Shown: in pieces, positions 34,410 through 43,393 of the stretch
Position numbering within the stretch: the stretch's first letter is position 1
How the letters are laid out: the number at the start of each line of letters is the position of its first letter
Origin: Candidatus Anaeroferrophillacea bacterium
GTDB lineage: Bacteria > Desulfobacterota > Anaeroferrophillalia > Anaeroferrophillales > Anaeroferrophillaceae
Direction of reading: 5' to 3'
Length of the DNA stretch: 64,000 bases
NCBI GenBank assembly: GCA_016933675.1
Contig: JAFGAM010000001.1
Location: 21,181-85,180, forward strand
Notes under the pieces: model-generated
Databases searched by the model: none
What the model saw: the letters and a program-made list of their open reading frames with translations, nothing else
Told to the model about the DNA's origin: nothing
Program-made: the position numbers and the translations under genes

Positions 34410-36111
34410 AAGCCTTGAGATCAGCAACTTCAGGCTCATCGAGCGGCTGCAACTGACCTTCGAACCTGGACTGACGGCAATCACCGGCGAAACCGGCGCC
34501 GGCAAATCCATCATCCTCTCGGCCCTCGCCCTCGCCCTGGGGGAAAAACCGGCTTCCGGGGACTTTCTCGACCCGGAACGGCCGATCACCATCACCGCCC
34601 GGTTTACGCCGCCGCTACCGCCCCGCATCCCGGCCCTGCTCAATGAACAGGCCTTCCCCCCGGACGACGACGGCCTCATCTGCCGCCGGGTCGTCACGTT
34701 GAAGAACGACCGTTTCAACAGCCGCGCCTTCGTCAACGACCAGCCCGCCACCGCCAGGACCCTCGCGGCCCTCGGCCGCGAACTCGTTGACATCGCCAGT
34801 CAGCACGAGCAGCAGGACCTGCTCAAACCGGAGCTGCACCTTGACCTGATGGACCATTTCGGTGGCCTCCGGGAACCCCGCCGGGACTACGCCGGCGCCT
34901 GGAAATCCTGGGTGCAGGCGGCACAAAAGCTCGACGAGTTCGATCGCGCCGCCGCGGCCGGGGAGCAGGAAATGGATTTTATCCGCCACCAGTGGCAGGA
35001 GCTGGATGCCGCCGGACTCGAAACCGGCGAGGAGGACGAATTGCTGGCGGCCCAGCAGCGCTACCAGCAGCGGGAACAACTGCTGCAACTGGCGGTGCAG
35101 GCGGAGGCACTGCTCTACTCGGAGGAGGCATCGATTATCGACGGCTGCTACCGGGTACAGGCCCTGCTGGACGACCTGGGACGGCGGGATTCCGGATTCA
35201 GGATACCGGAACCCGGCCTGCCGCCGGTCATCGACAGCCTGCAGGACATGCGTGAAGTGCTGACCGGCTACCGCGACGCCATCGACATCGATCCGCAGAC
35301 CGCCGAGGACAACAACCGGCGGCTGATGGTTATCGACCGACTGAAACGGAAGCACGGCATCTCCTTTGCCGGCCTGCTGGAACGGCGGGAAGAACTGGCC
35401 GCCCGCCTGGCGGCCCGGGAAAACCATGACACCCGGCGGGCGGAACTGAAATCCGCGCTCGACCAGGCGGCGGCCGACCTCGCCGGACACGCCGCCACCC
35501 TGAGCCAGGTACGCCGGGAAACCGCATCCCGGCTGGAACGGGAAGTCGCCGTGCACCTCGGCGACCTGCGCCTCAGCCACGCCCGCTTCGCCGTGCGGCT
35601 GGATGCCGACCGCCACGGCCCCCGGGGCGCCGACCGGGTGCAGTTCCTGCTGAGCACCAATCCCGGCGAGGATCCGGCGCCGCTGGACGGCATCATCTCC
35701 GGCGGCGAGCTGTCACGCTTTCTGCTGGCCTTCAAGACCGCCGTCGCCAGCCGCTACGGCGTCCCCACCCTGATCTTCGACGAGGTTGATACCGGCATCG
35801 GCGGCGCCGTGGCCGATGCCGTCGGCCGGAAGTTGGCGGCCATCGCCGCCGGGCATCAGGTCATCGCCATCACCCACCTGCCGCAGGTGGCCGCCTGGGG
35901 CGATCACCATCAGACCGTCGCCAAAAACGTCGACGGCGAACAGGCGATCATCTCCGTGCTGGCGCTGGCCGATACCGCCGACCGGGTGGACGAACTGGCC
36001 CGCATGGGGGGACCCGGGGAGATCGGCATCAGTACCCGCGCCCATGCCCGGGAGCTGCTCGATGCCGCCGCCCGCCGCCGCACCGTCGACCGGATGGCGG
36101 CGGGACGCTGA
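34402..36111 (+). CDS. recN: DNA repair protein RecN
   Basis: It has Walker A GETGAGKSI, long coiled coils, and a C-terminal SGGELSR plus FDEVDTGIGG. Confidence 0.93.
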   Translation: MLESLEISNFRLIERLQLTFEPGLTAITGETGAGKSIILSALALALGEKPASGDFLDPERPITITARFTPPLPPRIPALLNEQAFPPDDDGLICRRVVTLKNDRFNSRAFVNDQPATARTLAALGRELVDIASQHEQQDLLKPELHLDLMDHFGGLREPRRDYAGAWKSWVQAAQKLDEFDRAAAAGEQEMDFIRHQWQELDAAGLETGEEDELLAAQQRYQQREQLLQLAVQAEALLYSEEASIIDGCYRVQALLDDLGRRDSGFRIPEPGLPPVIDSLQDMREVLTGYRDAIDIDPQTAEDNNRRLMVIDRLKRKHGISFAGLLERREELAARLAARENHDTRRAELKSALDQAAADLAGHAATLSQVRRETASRLEREVAVHLGDLRLSHARFAVRLDADRHGPRGADRVQFLLSTNPGEDPAPLDGIISGGELSRFLLAFKTAVASRYGVPTLIFDEVDTGIGGAVADAVGRKLAAIAAGHQVIAITHLPQVAAWGDHHQTVAKNVDGEQAIISVLALADTADRVDELARMGGPGEIGISTRAHARELLDAAARRRTVDRMAAGR

Positions 36112-36192
36112 AATTTCCGCCGCCGCCGGCGGCACGAAACCCCTGTCCGGAGACCCTTGTCCCCGGGACCATTTCCCGATGGAGCACCGCCG

Positions 36193-36645
36193 ATGATCAG
36201 AACCGCAATCACCCAGGACGTCCCCCCGATCCAGCGCCTGCTGGAGCACTATGCCAAACAGGGGCTGCTGCTGTCCCGTTCGCTCAGCGATCTGTACGAC
36301 AACCTGCGCGATTTCACCGTCTTTGAAAGTGACGGCATGCTGGCCGGCGCTGCCGGCCTGCACGTCTGCTGGGCCGATCTCGGCGAGATCCGCTCGCTGG
36401 CGGTAGCCCCCGACCATGCCCGGCAGGGCATCGGCTCCCGGCTGGTGGAACACTGCGAAGCCGCCGCCCGGGAACTCGGCCTCCGGCAGGTCTTCACTCT
36501 GACCTACCAGACGGCGTTCTTCCAGCGCCTCGGCTACCAGATCACCGACAAATCGTCCCTGCCCCACAAGGTCTGGGCCGACTGCCTCAAATGTCCCAAG
36601 TTTCCCGACTGCGACGAAATCGCCATGATCAAGGGGCTGGCCTGA
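36193..36645 (+). CDS. GNAT N-acetyltransferase (short amino-acid N-acetyltransferase-like)
   Basis: It has the RQGIGSRL acetyl-CoA motif and a C-terminal Cys cluster CLKCPKFPDC. Confidence 0.7.
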   Translation: MIRTAITQDVPPIQRLLEHYAKQGLLLSRSLSDLYDNLRDFTVFESDGMLAGAAGLHVCWADLGEIRSLAVAPDHARQGIGSRLVEHCEAAARELGLRQVFTLTYQTAFFQRLGYQITDKSSLPHKVWADCLKCPKFPDCDEIAMIKGLA

Positions 36646-36743
36646 ACCCCTTTGCAAACCCGGCGGCCGCTACTCCCGCGGTCATACCGGCAACCCCGAG
36701 GGCCGCGGGCAGGGATTGGAAGGATTCAGCAGGTCTTGTTGGA

Positions 36744-36841
36744 AACAGGGGCGAGATGCGAGGGACGAGATGCGAGGGACGAGCGAAAGCCACCGCCGTC
36801 TCGCCCCTAACCCCTCGTCCCTCGCCCCTGTTTTTGTCTTT
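36744..36841. terminator. Large nested-repeat hairpin terminator between convergent operons
   Basis: The outer 12-bp stem is AACAGGGGCGAG/CTCGCCCCTGTT and the inner is GCGAGGGACGAG/CTCGTCCCTCGC. There is an internal direct repeat GATGCGAGGGACGA x2 and a T-run TGTTTTTGTCTTTG on the + strand. Confidence 0.75.
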
Positions 36842-36854
36842 GCCGCGCCGTAGC

Positions 36855-38165
36855 TCAGGGAGATTCCGGGGCCAGGACCGCGGCGCCAACCCGCACACAA
36901 TTGCGCCCCCCCTCCTTGGCCCGGTACATCGCCTCGTCAGCCCGCCGGACACAGCGCTCGACGGTATCGGCGGGAGAAATCTCCCCCACCCCGAAACTGG
37001 CGGTAACATGAAAATGCCGGCCCTTGTAGGAAAACCGGCTCTCGGCAATCTTCCGGCGGAGACGCTCCGCCACGTCGGCGGCGGCATGCAGGGGGGTATG
37101 GGGCAGGATCAGGGTAAACTCCTCACCGCCGTAACGGCAGAGGACATCGATATCGCGAATCTCCTTTTTCAGAATACCGGCCACCACCCGCAGAACTCCG
37201 TCGCCGGTGCGGTGCCCATAGGAGTCGTTCACGTCCTTGAAATGGTCGATATCCAGCATGATCAGCGATGAGGTATTCCCGTATCGCTTGGCGGCGGACA
37301 ACTCCTGGTTGATACGTTCGTCGAAGGCCCGACGGTTGTAAGCCCGGGTAAGGGGGTCGAGAATCACCTCCTGTTTGATCCGCTCCATCTGCTGCTTGAG
37401 TTTTTCGATCTTCTGGTTGGCCATCTCCACCCGGACATTGGCGTCATTGGCCTCCTGCATCATCCGCGCGGTGTGATCCTTCAGGGAAATGGTCTCCTTG
37501 AGCAGCAGATCGCGGACCGTCTGGATCTCCTGCAGGTCACGCACCACCTGCAGCCGCTTGGCATAGTCATCGAGATTGCTGGAAAATGAGCCGCCGACAT
37601 CGACAAAGGCGGTCAGGGTACCGGCCATGATGACGATGATGTTCTTCAGCTCATCCCGTTCCTGATCCAGCACTCCCTGAATCATCGCCTTGTGAAAGAG
37701 GAGGTTTTTCAACTGCTGCTGCAGTTCCGCCGCCTCCTCACCGGTCGCCAGCCGGTCGAGATTCTCACGCACCTCGGCATAGAGCCGCTGCAGATTCTCG
37801 TCCTGATCCGCCAGCGCCCCGACCTCCCTGAGGAGGATATCGACCATGCCCTTCAGGCCCTCAAACACCTCCGTTTGCTGCCGCTCATCATCGGAGTGAC
37901 GCAGCACCTCCCGCTTCAGCACCGCCAGCTGATCCTGCAGCTCGTCCACCCGGGCCGGCGGCTCCCGGAGGACCACATCCTTGAGCTGGCGGTGCAGATC
38001 CTTGACCTGAGAAGCCGAGTTGATGCGCTCGAAGGCATCCAGCAGGGATGTCACCACCCGGCCGCCCGTTTCAGTGCCGCTGTAGCTGTCCCGCATGCCC
38101 TTCAACAGGAAACGGCACAGTTCCCGGTACTGTCTGATCAACTCGATATCCATTTTCCTCTCCAC
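36855..38165 (-). CDS. Diguanylate cyclase (GGDEF) with a long N-terminal coiled-coil region
   Basis: It has the RYGGEEF active-site motif and DIDHFKDVNDSYGH. Confidence 0.88.
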   Translation of the reverse strand: MERKMDIELIRQYRELCRFLLKGMRDSYSGTETGGRVVTSLLDAFERINSASQVKDLHRQLKDVVLREPPARVDELQDQLAVLKREVLRHSDDERQQTEVFEGLKGMVDILLREVGALADQDENLQRLYAEVRENLDRLATGEEAAELQQQLKNLLFHKAMIQGVLDQERDELKNIIVIMAGTLTAFVDVGGSFSSNLDDYAKRLQVVRDLQEIQTVRDLLLKETISLKDHTARMMQEANDANVRVEMANQKIEKLKQQMERIKQEVILDPLTRAYNRRAFDERINQELSAAKRYGNTSSLIMLDIDHFKDVNDSYGHRTGDGVLRVVAGILKKEIRDIDVLCRYGGEEFTLILPHTPLHAAADVAERLRRKIAESRFSYKGRHFHVTASFGVGEISPADTVERCVRRADEAMYRAKEGGRNCVRVGAAVLAPESP

Positions 38166-38168
38166 GGT

Positions 38169-39431
38169 TTATTCATGCCGGCCGCCCCGAACACCGGCGG
38201 CGCCATCAACCGGCAGGTTCACGGTAAACACCGTTCCTTCCCCCGGCTCACTCCGCCACTCGATGTTGCCGCCGTGATCAGCAACGATATTTTTCACCGT
38301 CGCCAAACCCAGCCCGCCCCCTGCCTTCCGGTCATGCTCCCGCCGCGGGCTGGAGAAGAAGGGGGTAAAGATCATCTCGCCCAGACCGGCCTCGATGCCG
38401 CAGCCGTCATCCTCCACCTGAAGACACACCCACCCGGAGGCAGGGGAACCGGTGCGCACAACGATCTCGCCGGCATAGTCCGTTCCCGCCGCGGCATGGT
38501 CATGTTTCTTCTTCCGCACCGCATGAACGGCGTTGAGCATCAGGTTGAGCACCACCTGCTGCACCTGGGATTTCTTCAGCCGCGCCTCGGGGATGGCCGG
38601 ATCCGCATGTTTCCGAACCCGGACGGCTTCACGTTCGAGCTCGTAACGACCCAGATCCAGGGCGTCATCCACGATCCGGTTGAGGTCCACCACCTGATAC
38701 ATCTCCTGTTCCGGATGGGTGAAACCCATCAGATTGCCGGTCAGCAGGTTCAGCGACTCGATCTGCCCGACAAGGCGGTCGAGCAGATGCATCTCCTTTT
38801 CCACCGGCATGCTGCCGCTGCTCTTCTTGAGCTGCAGCAGTTGGGCGATGCCGTAGATGGAGGTGAGAAAGTTATTCAGTTCGTGGGCAATGCCGGCGGC
38901 CACCTGTCCGAGGCAGGCCATTTTCTCCGCCCGCAGGACATCCTCATCCAGCACCGCGACATCGGTAGCATCCTGCAGAAAGACCACCGTCTCGGAACAG
39001 GCGCCCACCCGATTGTCGACCGCGGGATGAAAGAAGATGTTCAGCCGGCGGGATTGATCGGCAAAGGACGTCACCCGCAACCGCCGCCGGGGCTGACCGT
39101 CAGCGAAACAACCCGCCACCCCGCAGTCGGGACAGGGTGCCGCAGCACCACGAAACAGGCGGTAGCAGGGTCGGTCGACAACCTCCGCCGGGCACAGACC
39201 GACAAGCGCCGCCGCCGCCCGGTTGATGGCGATGATGCGGTAATCGCGGTCGATCATGAAGATACCGTCGGAAATGGCGTCGATTAACCGCCGGTAGCGG
39301 CGGCGATAATGGCTTTTCGCTTCGATCATGGGCACCATACCACAACGTATCCGGCACACCGCGGTTACCGTATTATCCGCCGGTGCAGCTGATACGGGAT
39401 GAAAGGCTTTCGATTGCTTCATAGTCGACAC
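38169..39431 (-). CDS. PAS-domain sensor histidine kinase
   Basis: It has PAS (IDAISDGIFMIDRDYRII), the H-box AHELNNFLTSI, and the HATPase G-box GGLGLATVKNIV. The start is uncertain: GTG at 39431, ATG at 39422, or ATG at 39338. Confidence 0.85.
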   Translation of the reverse strand: MSTMKQSKAFHPVSAAPADNTVTAVCRIRCGMVPMIEAKSHYRRRYRRLIDAISDGIFMIDRDYRIIAINRAAAALVGLCPAEVVDRPCYRLFRGAAAPCPDCGVAGCFADGQPRRRLRVTSFADQSRRLNIFFHPAVDNRVGACSETVVFLQDATDVAVLDEDVLRAEKMACLGQVAAGIAHELNNFLTSIYGIAQLLQLKKSSGSMPVEKEMHLLDRLVGQIESLNLLTGNLMGFTHPEQEMYQVVDLNRIVDDALDLGRYELEREAVRVRKHADPAIPEARLKKSQVQQVVLNLMLNAVHAVRKKKHDHAAAGTDYAGEIVVRTGSPASGWVCLQVEDDGCGIEAGLGEMIFTPFFSSPRREHDRKAGGGLGLATVKNIVADHGGNIEWRSEPGEGTVFTVNLPVDGAAGVRGGRHE

Positions 39432-39753
39432 CCGACATACATTTCTTTATCACATTGTTTCACCGATGTCCGGCTCCATTGTTGGCAAACTCGTAACAAC
39501 TCGAAAAACGGGATGGCCACGTAACAAGCTTTAGCTGCACGGCGCGCACATCCTGAGGAATGAGGCGTACAGAGCCTACGCCGCAATGACGAAGGAGGCA
39601 GCGCAACGCAGCAGATGGAGACTTTTTACGACGCCATCATTATTGGCCGTGGCGTTTCAATAGCTCCCGGACGATCGGTCTCGTCGGCATGCGGCCCCGC
39701 CGGCGGCCGGCACCCCAACCACGATTCCACCGCGACGCAACGACGCCTGCAGC

Positions 39754-39783
39754 TTGACAGCGCGGAAAAAAGCGTGATAGTTG
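39754..39783 (+). promoter_or_regulatory. Predicted pcnB promoter (-35 TTGACA, 17-18 nt spacer, -10 ATAGTT/TAGTTG with upstream TG)
   Basis: It has a consensus -35 and implies a 5' leader of about 260 nt that contains the composite repeat. Confidence 0.5.
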
Positions 39784-39955
39784 AAGTCGCGGTGCCCGGC
39801 CACGCGCCGATGATTTCCCGATCGCCCCGGCCTCGACGCTGCCTGCCCGGGCGCGCCGCCCGCGGACGGGCGCGCGGCAACCCGGTGGCACGGAAGGGCG
39901 GCCGGCCGGTCGCCCGTACTACGACCGGACACCGAATCCGCCGGCCATGAACACG

Positions 39956-40024
39956 CCGCGAATCCGGAGCCGGCCCGGCGCCAGCCGATTTTCACGGTCG
40001 GTTGGCAATGGTTACGGTTCCATC
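39956..40024 (+). repeat. Intergenic repeat family member, composite form (5' box, variable hairpin, 3' box)
   Basis: It reads CCGCGAATCCGGAGCC, then a 9-bp hairpin GCCAGCCGA/TCGGTTGGC, then TTGGCAATGGTTACGGTTCCATC. It ends 24 nt before the pcnB ATG. Confidence 0.8.
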
Positions 40025-40047
40025 TTCCCTGACGGCAGACATCATCC

Positions 40048-41361
40048 ATGACAGATTCCGATTCCCGACAACCCGCTCCCGACGACCTGCCCGCCCCGCG
40101 CATCATTCCCCGGGCGCACCACCCCATCTCCCGCAAGGAGATCGACCGCAACGCCCTGAAGATATTGTACCGTCTCAAGGATCACGGGCACACCGCCTAC
40201 CTGGTGGGCGGCGCGGTACGCGACCTGCTGCTCGGCCGCCGGCCGGCCGATTTCGACATCGCCACCGACGCCAGCCCGCAGCAGATCAAAAAGCTGTTCC
40301 GCAACAGCCGCATCATCGGCCGGCGATTCCGGCTGGCGCATATCTTCTTTCGCGATCCGAAATCCGGTGCGCAGCAGATCATCGAGGTCGCCACCTTCCG
40401 CCGGGAAATGGAACTCACGGCGGAAAACCAGGAACTGCTCGAGGAACGCCCGACCCTTGCCAACAACATCTACGGCACCCCGGCCGAGGATGTCCGGCGC
40501 CGCGACTTCACCATCAACGCCCTGTTCTATACCGTCGACGGTTTCAAGGTCATCGACCATCTCGGCGGCCTCGACGATCTGGAGGACGGCATCGTCCGCA
40601 TCATCGGCGACCCGTACATCCGCTGCGCCGAGGACCCGGTACGTATCCTCCGGGCGCTGGAGTTCGTCGCCCGACTGAATTTCGTCCTCGATCCCGAGAC
40701 CGCGGCGGCCATCCGCTTCTCCGCCCCGGAACTGGCCGGTGTCGCCCCCAGCCGCCTGCGCGAAGAACTCCGCGGCCTCTATACCAAGGGCGCCACGGCA
40801 GGGCTGGTACGGCTGGCGGCCGGCAACGGCATCCTCGAACACTGGCTGCCGGCGCTGCCGCCGGAGCACGCGGAGGACACCGCCCGGCTGCTGGACGGCA
40901 TCGAGACCGTCATCGGCCACGAAGCCGATGAACAACTGCTGGAGGTTCTGGTGATCGCCGCCATCCTGCTGCCGGAACTTTTCCACCGTTTCGGCGGTGG
41001 CCAGTCACCCGGCCTCGGCGTTCTGCAGGAAAAGATCGACGCCCGGCTGCTGGAAATAAATCACCGGCTGACCCTGCCGAAGCTCCAGCGTCACCGGATC
41101 ACCGATATCCTGCTCGGGGTGTTCCGCCTGATACATGGCGACAAGCGCGTCAAGCGGCTGCGCCGCCGGGGAGATTTCCCCCTCTGGCTCTTCCTGCTCC
41201 GGCAGTTGACGAAACGGTACCCGGAATCGCTGGCGAAGGTGACGGACTTCTGGCTTCACCAGGCGGAGCGATGGCAACCGGCGACCGAGCTGCCGACACC
41301 GCCGGTGCCCTGGAAGCAGCTACTGGAACTGGAACTGGGTGATGAGGACAGTGAAAGATGA
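40048..41361 (+). CDS. pcnB: Poly(A) polymerase I / tRNA nucleotidyltransferase family (PcnB-like)
   Basis: It has YLVGGAVRDLLLGRRPADFDIAT and RIIGRRFRLAHI motifs. Confidence 0.85.
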   Translation: MTDSDSRQPAPDDLPAPRIIPRAHHPISRKEIDRNALKILYRLKDHGHTAYLVGGAVRDLLLGRRPADFDIATDASPQQIKKLFRNSRIIGRRFRLAHIFFRDPKSGAQQIIEVATFRREMELTAENQELLEERPTLANNIYGTPAEDVRRRDFTINALFYTVDGFKVIDHLGGLDDLEDGIVRIIGDPYIRCAEDPVRILRALEFVARLNFVLDPETAAAIRFSAPELAGVAPSRLREELRGLYTKGATAGLVRLAAGNGILEHWLPALPPEHAEDTARLLDGIETVIGHEADEQLLEVLVIAAILLPELFHRFGGGQSPGLGVLQEKIDARLLEINHRLTLPKLQRHRITDILLGVFRLIHGDKRVKRLRRRGDFPLWLFLLRQLTKRYPESLAKVTDFWLHQAERWQPATELPTPPVPWKQLLELELGDEDSER

Positions 41362-42203
41362 ACCACCGGCTCACGGTGGGGGAGATCGCCTACCTCAACT
41401 GCTTCCCGCTGTTCCACTACCTCAAATACCGGCGTCCCGACCCGGAGATCCGCTACCTTCCCGGCCACCCGGCAGACCTGAACCGGCTGCTGGCCGCCGG
41501 CGGCATCGACCTCAGCCCGTCCTCGTCGCTGGCCTACGCCCTCGACGAGGAGAACTGCTTCATCCTCCCCGACCTCGCCATCGCCTCGCGTGAGCGGGTG
41601 GACAGTGTCCTGCTTGCCGGCCGCATCCCCATCGAGGAACTTGCCGGCCGGAAGCTGGCTCTGACCAGTCATTCCCTGACCTCGGTAAACCTGCTCAAGA
41701 TCATCCTCTTCACATGGTACGGCTACACCCGGCAGGACATCGATTTCGCCACCACCACCACCCCCCTTGCCACCGGCGGGGACGGGGCGCTGCTCATCGG
41801 CGACGAGGCCCTGGCCTTCCGCTGCCGGCCGGAAGCCGGCTACCCCCACGTCTACGACCTCGGCACCCTCTGGCGCCGGCATACGGGGTTACCCTTTGTT
41901 TACGCCCTGTGGATCGGCCGCCGGGATCTCGATGCCGGCCGGATCGAGCTGGTGCGGCGACTGCACCGACGCCTCGGGGAAGCACGATCATACCTGCAGG
42001 CCAACCCCGATGAACTGATCAGCGCCGCGGCCGCACGCTACCCGCAGTTCCCCCCGGCGCTGATCCGCTCCTACTGGCAGCATTCCATCTCCTGGGATCT
42101 CGACGACGATGCCCGCCGCGGTCTTGAACGTTTCTACCGACTGGCCCACCGGTACGGCCTGCTGGAACGGATTCCGGCGCTGCATTTTCTGGCGGCATCC
42201 TAG
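41358..42203 (+). CDS. mqnA: Chorismate dehydratase MqnA (futalosine menaquinone pathway)
   Basis: Its length and the N-terminus GEIAYLNCFPLFHYL fit the MqnA family as I recall it. There is an ATGA overlap with pcnB. Confidence 0.75.
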   Translation: MNHRLTVGEIAYLNCFPLFHYLKYRRPDPEIRYLPGHPADLNRLLAAGGIDLSPSSSLAYALDEENCFILPDLAIASRERVDSVLLAGRIPIEELAGRKLALTSHSLTSVNLLKIILFTWYGYTRQDIDFATTTTPLATGGDGALLIGDEALAFRCRPEAGYPHVYDLGTLWRRHTGLPFVYALWIGRRDLDAGRIELVRRLHRRLGEARSYLQANPDELISAAAARYPQFPPALIRSYWQHSISWDLDDDARRGLERFYRLAHRYGLLERIPALHFLAAS

Positions 42204-42361
42204 CCGCGCCGGCCGCTTCATCGCCCCGCAACCGGAGGGGGGATGGGACGCCGTCCCTCCCCCTTCTCCGCGCCCGGCCCGCGGTCTTGCCACGCCACCG
42301 GGACACCGCGAATCCGAAGGGGCGTCCGGCCGGCGGCCAGCGCCGTTCAGGGCGGTTTTCC

Positions 42362-42390
42362 TTGCCTTCGAACCGCTGATTTGCTAGCCT
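42362..42390 (+). promoter_or_regulatory. Predicted proC promoter (-35 TTGCCT, 17-nt spacer, -10 TAGCCT)
   Basis: It is part of a block of about 45 nt that is nearly repeated upstream of nadA (62225..62265). Confidence 0.55.
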
Positions 42391-42476
42391 CGACTCGCCT
42401 ATTCAAGGGGCGGGAACCGCCCCGCCGGCCGCAACGGCACGACACCGTCAACGATCACCAATGCAAAGGAGCCGCC

Positions 42477-43298
42477 ATGACCCTGCAGCAGATAACCATC
42501 GGTATCATCGGCACCGGCAACATGGGCCGTGCCCTCATCGGCGGCCTGCTCGCCGGCAGCGACCGACCGGCGATCACCGCCACCGACGCCGCCGCGGCCG
42601 CCCGTGACGCCGCGGCGGCCGCATTTCCGGCCATCACCACGGCGGCCAGCAACCGGGAGGTGGTCGAAAATTCCGGGGTGATTATCCTGGCGGTAAAGCC
42701 ACCGATCATCCCCGCCATCCTAGCGGAGATTGCCGACGGTCTCGCCGGCGGCGACCGGCTGGTAATTTCCATCGCCGCCGGGGTGTCGCTGGCGACCATC
42801 GAAGCGGCGCTGAGCGAAGACGTGCCGGTCATCCGGACGATGCCCAGCACCCCGGCGCTGATTCGCCGCGGGGTGACGGCACTGGCCGCCGGAAAGCGGG
42901 CCACCCCCGCACACCGGGACCTGGCGGCGGCGATATTCGCCCGCCTCGGCGCGACGGTCGAGGTTCCCGAACCCCTGATGAACGCGGTCACCGCGGTCTC
43001 CGGCAGCGGCCCGGCCTATATCTTCCTCGTCATCGAGGCGCTGCTGGACGCCGCCGTCGCCCAGGGCATCCCCCGCGACCTCGCCCGCACCCTGGTGGTG
43101 GAGACCGTCGCCGGCGCCGCCGCCATGGTACGGGAAACCGGGCAGCAGCCGATGGCCCTGAAGGACATGGTCGCTTCGCCCGGCGGCACGACCATCGCCG
43201 GTCTGGCGGCCCTCGAAGACCGCGGGCTCAGAGGAGCGTTTTTCGCCGCCATCGGGGCCGCCCGGAAGCGTGCCGACGAACTGGACCGGCAAAGCTGA
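42477..43298 (+). CDS. proC: Pyrroline-5-carboxylate reductase ProC
   Basis: It has the Rossmann motif IGIIGTGNMG and SPGGTTIAG. Confidence 0.92.
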   Translation: MTLQQITIGIIGTGNMGRALIGGLLAGSDRPAITATDAAAAARDAAAAAFPAITTAASNREVVENSGVIILAVKPPIIPAILAEIADGLAGGDRLVISIAAGVSLATIEAALSEDVPVIRTMPSTPALIRRGVTALAAGKRATPAHRDLAAAIFARLGATVEVPEPLMNAVTAVSGSGPAYIFLVIEALLDAAVAQGIPRDLARTLVVETVAGAAAMVRETGQQPMALKDMVASPGGTTIAGLAALEDRGLRGAFFAAIGAARKRADELDRQS

Positions 43299-43393
43299 CC
43301 ACGGCAGACGGACAACTCCCCGCCATCCGACAGTAGCCGGGGACAGGCAGACGGCAGGGTGAAGCGGCGGATTATCCATCCCGTGGCTTACGG

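Noticed and set aside
40002-40017. Possible sigma-54 -24/-12 promoter in TTGGCAATGGTTACGG (also 52518)
   Set aside because: TGGCA is present, but the -12 position reads ACGG instead of TTGC. Other family members have CGGCAG instead of TGGCA.
39956-40024. Resemblance of the repeat boxes to the c-di-GMP-I (GEMM) 3' half (ACGCAAAGCC ... GGGGUUACC) and to the cobalamin riboswitch GGTGCGAATCCGG segment
   Set aside because: The other obligatory parts are missing: the GGCAAACC tetraloop-receptor hairpin for GEMM, and the GGGAA and B12 box for cobalamin. Many copies lie antisense to genes or between convergent genes. The similarity is limited to short GC-rich strings.
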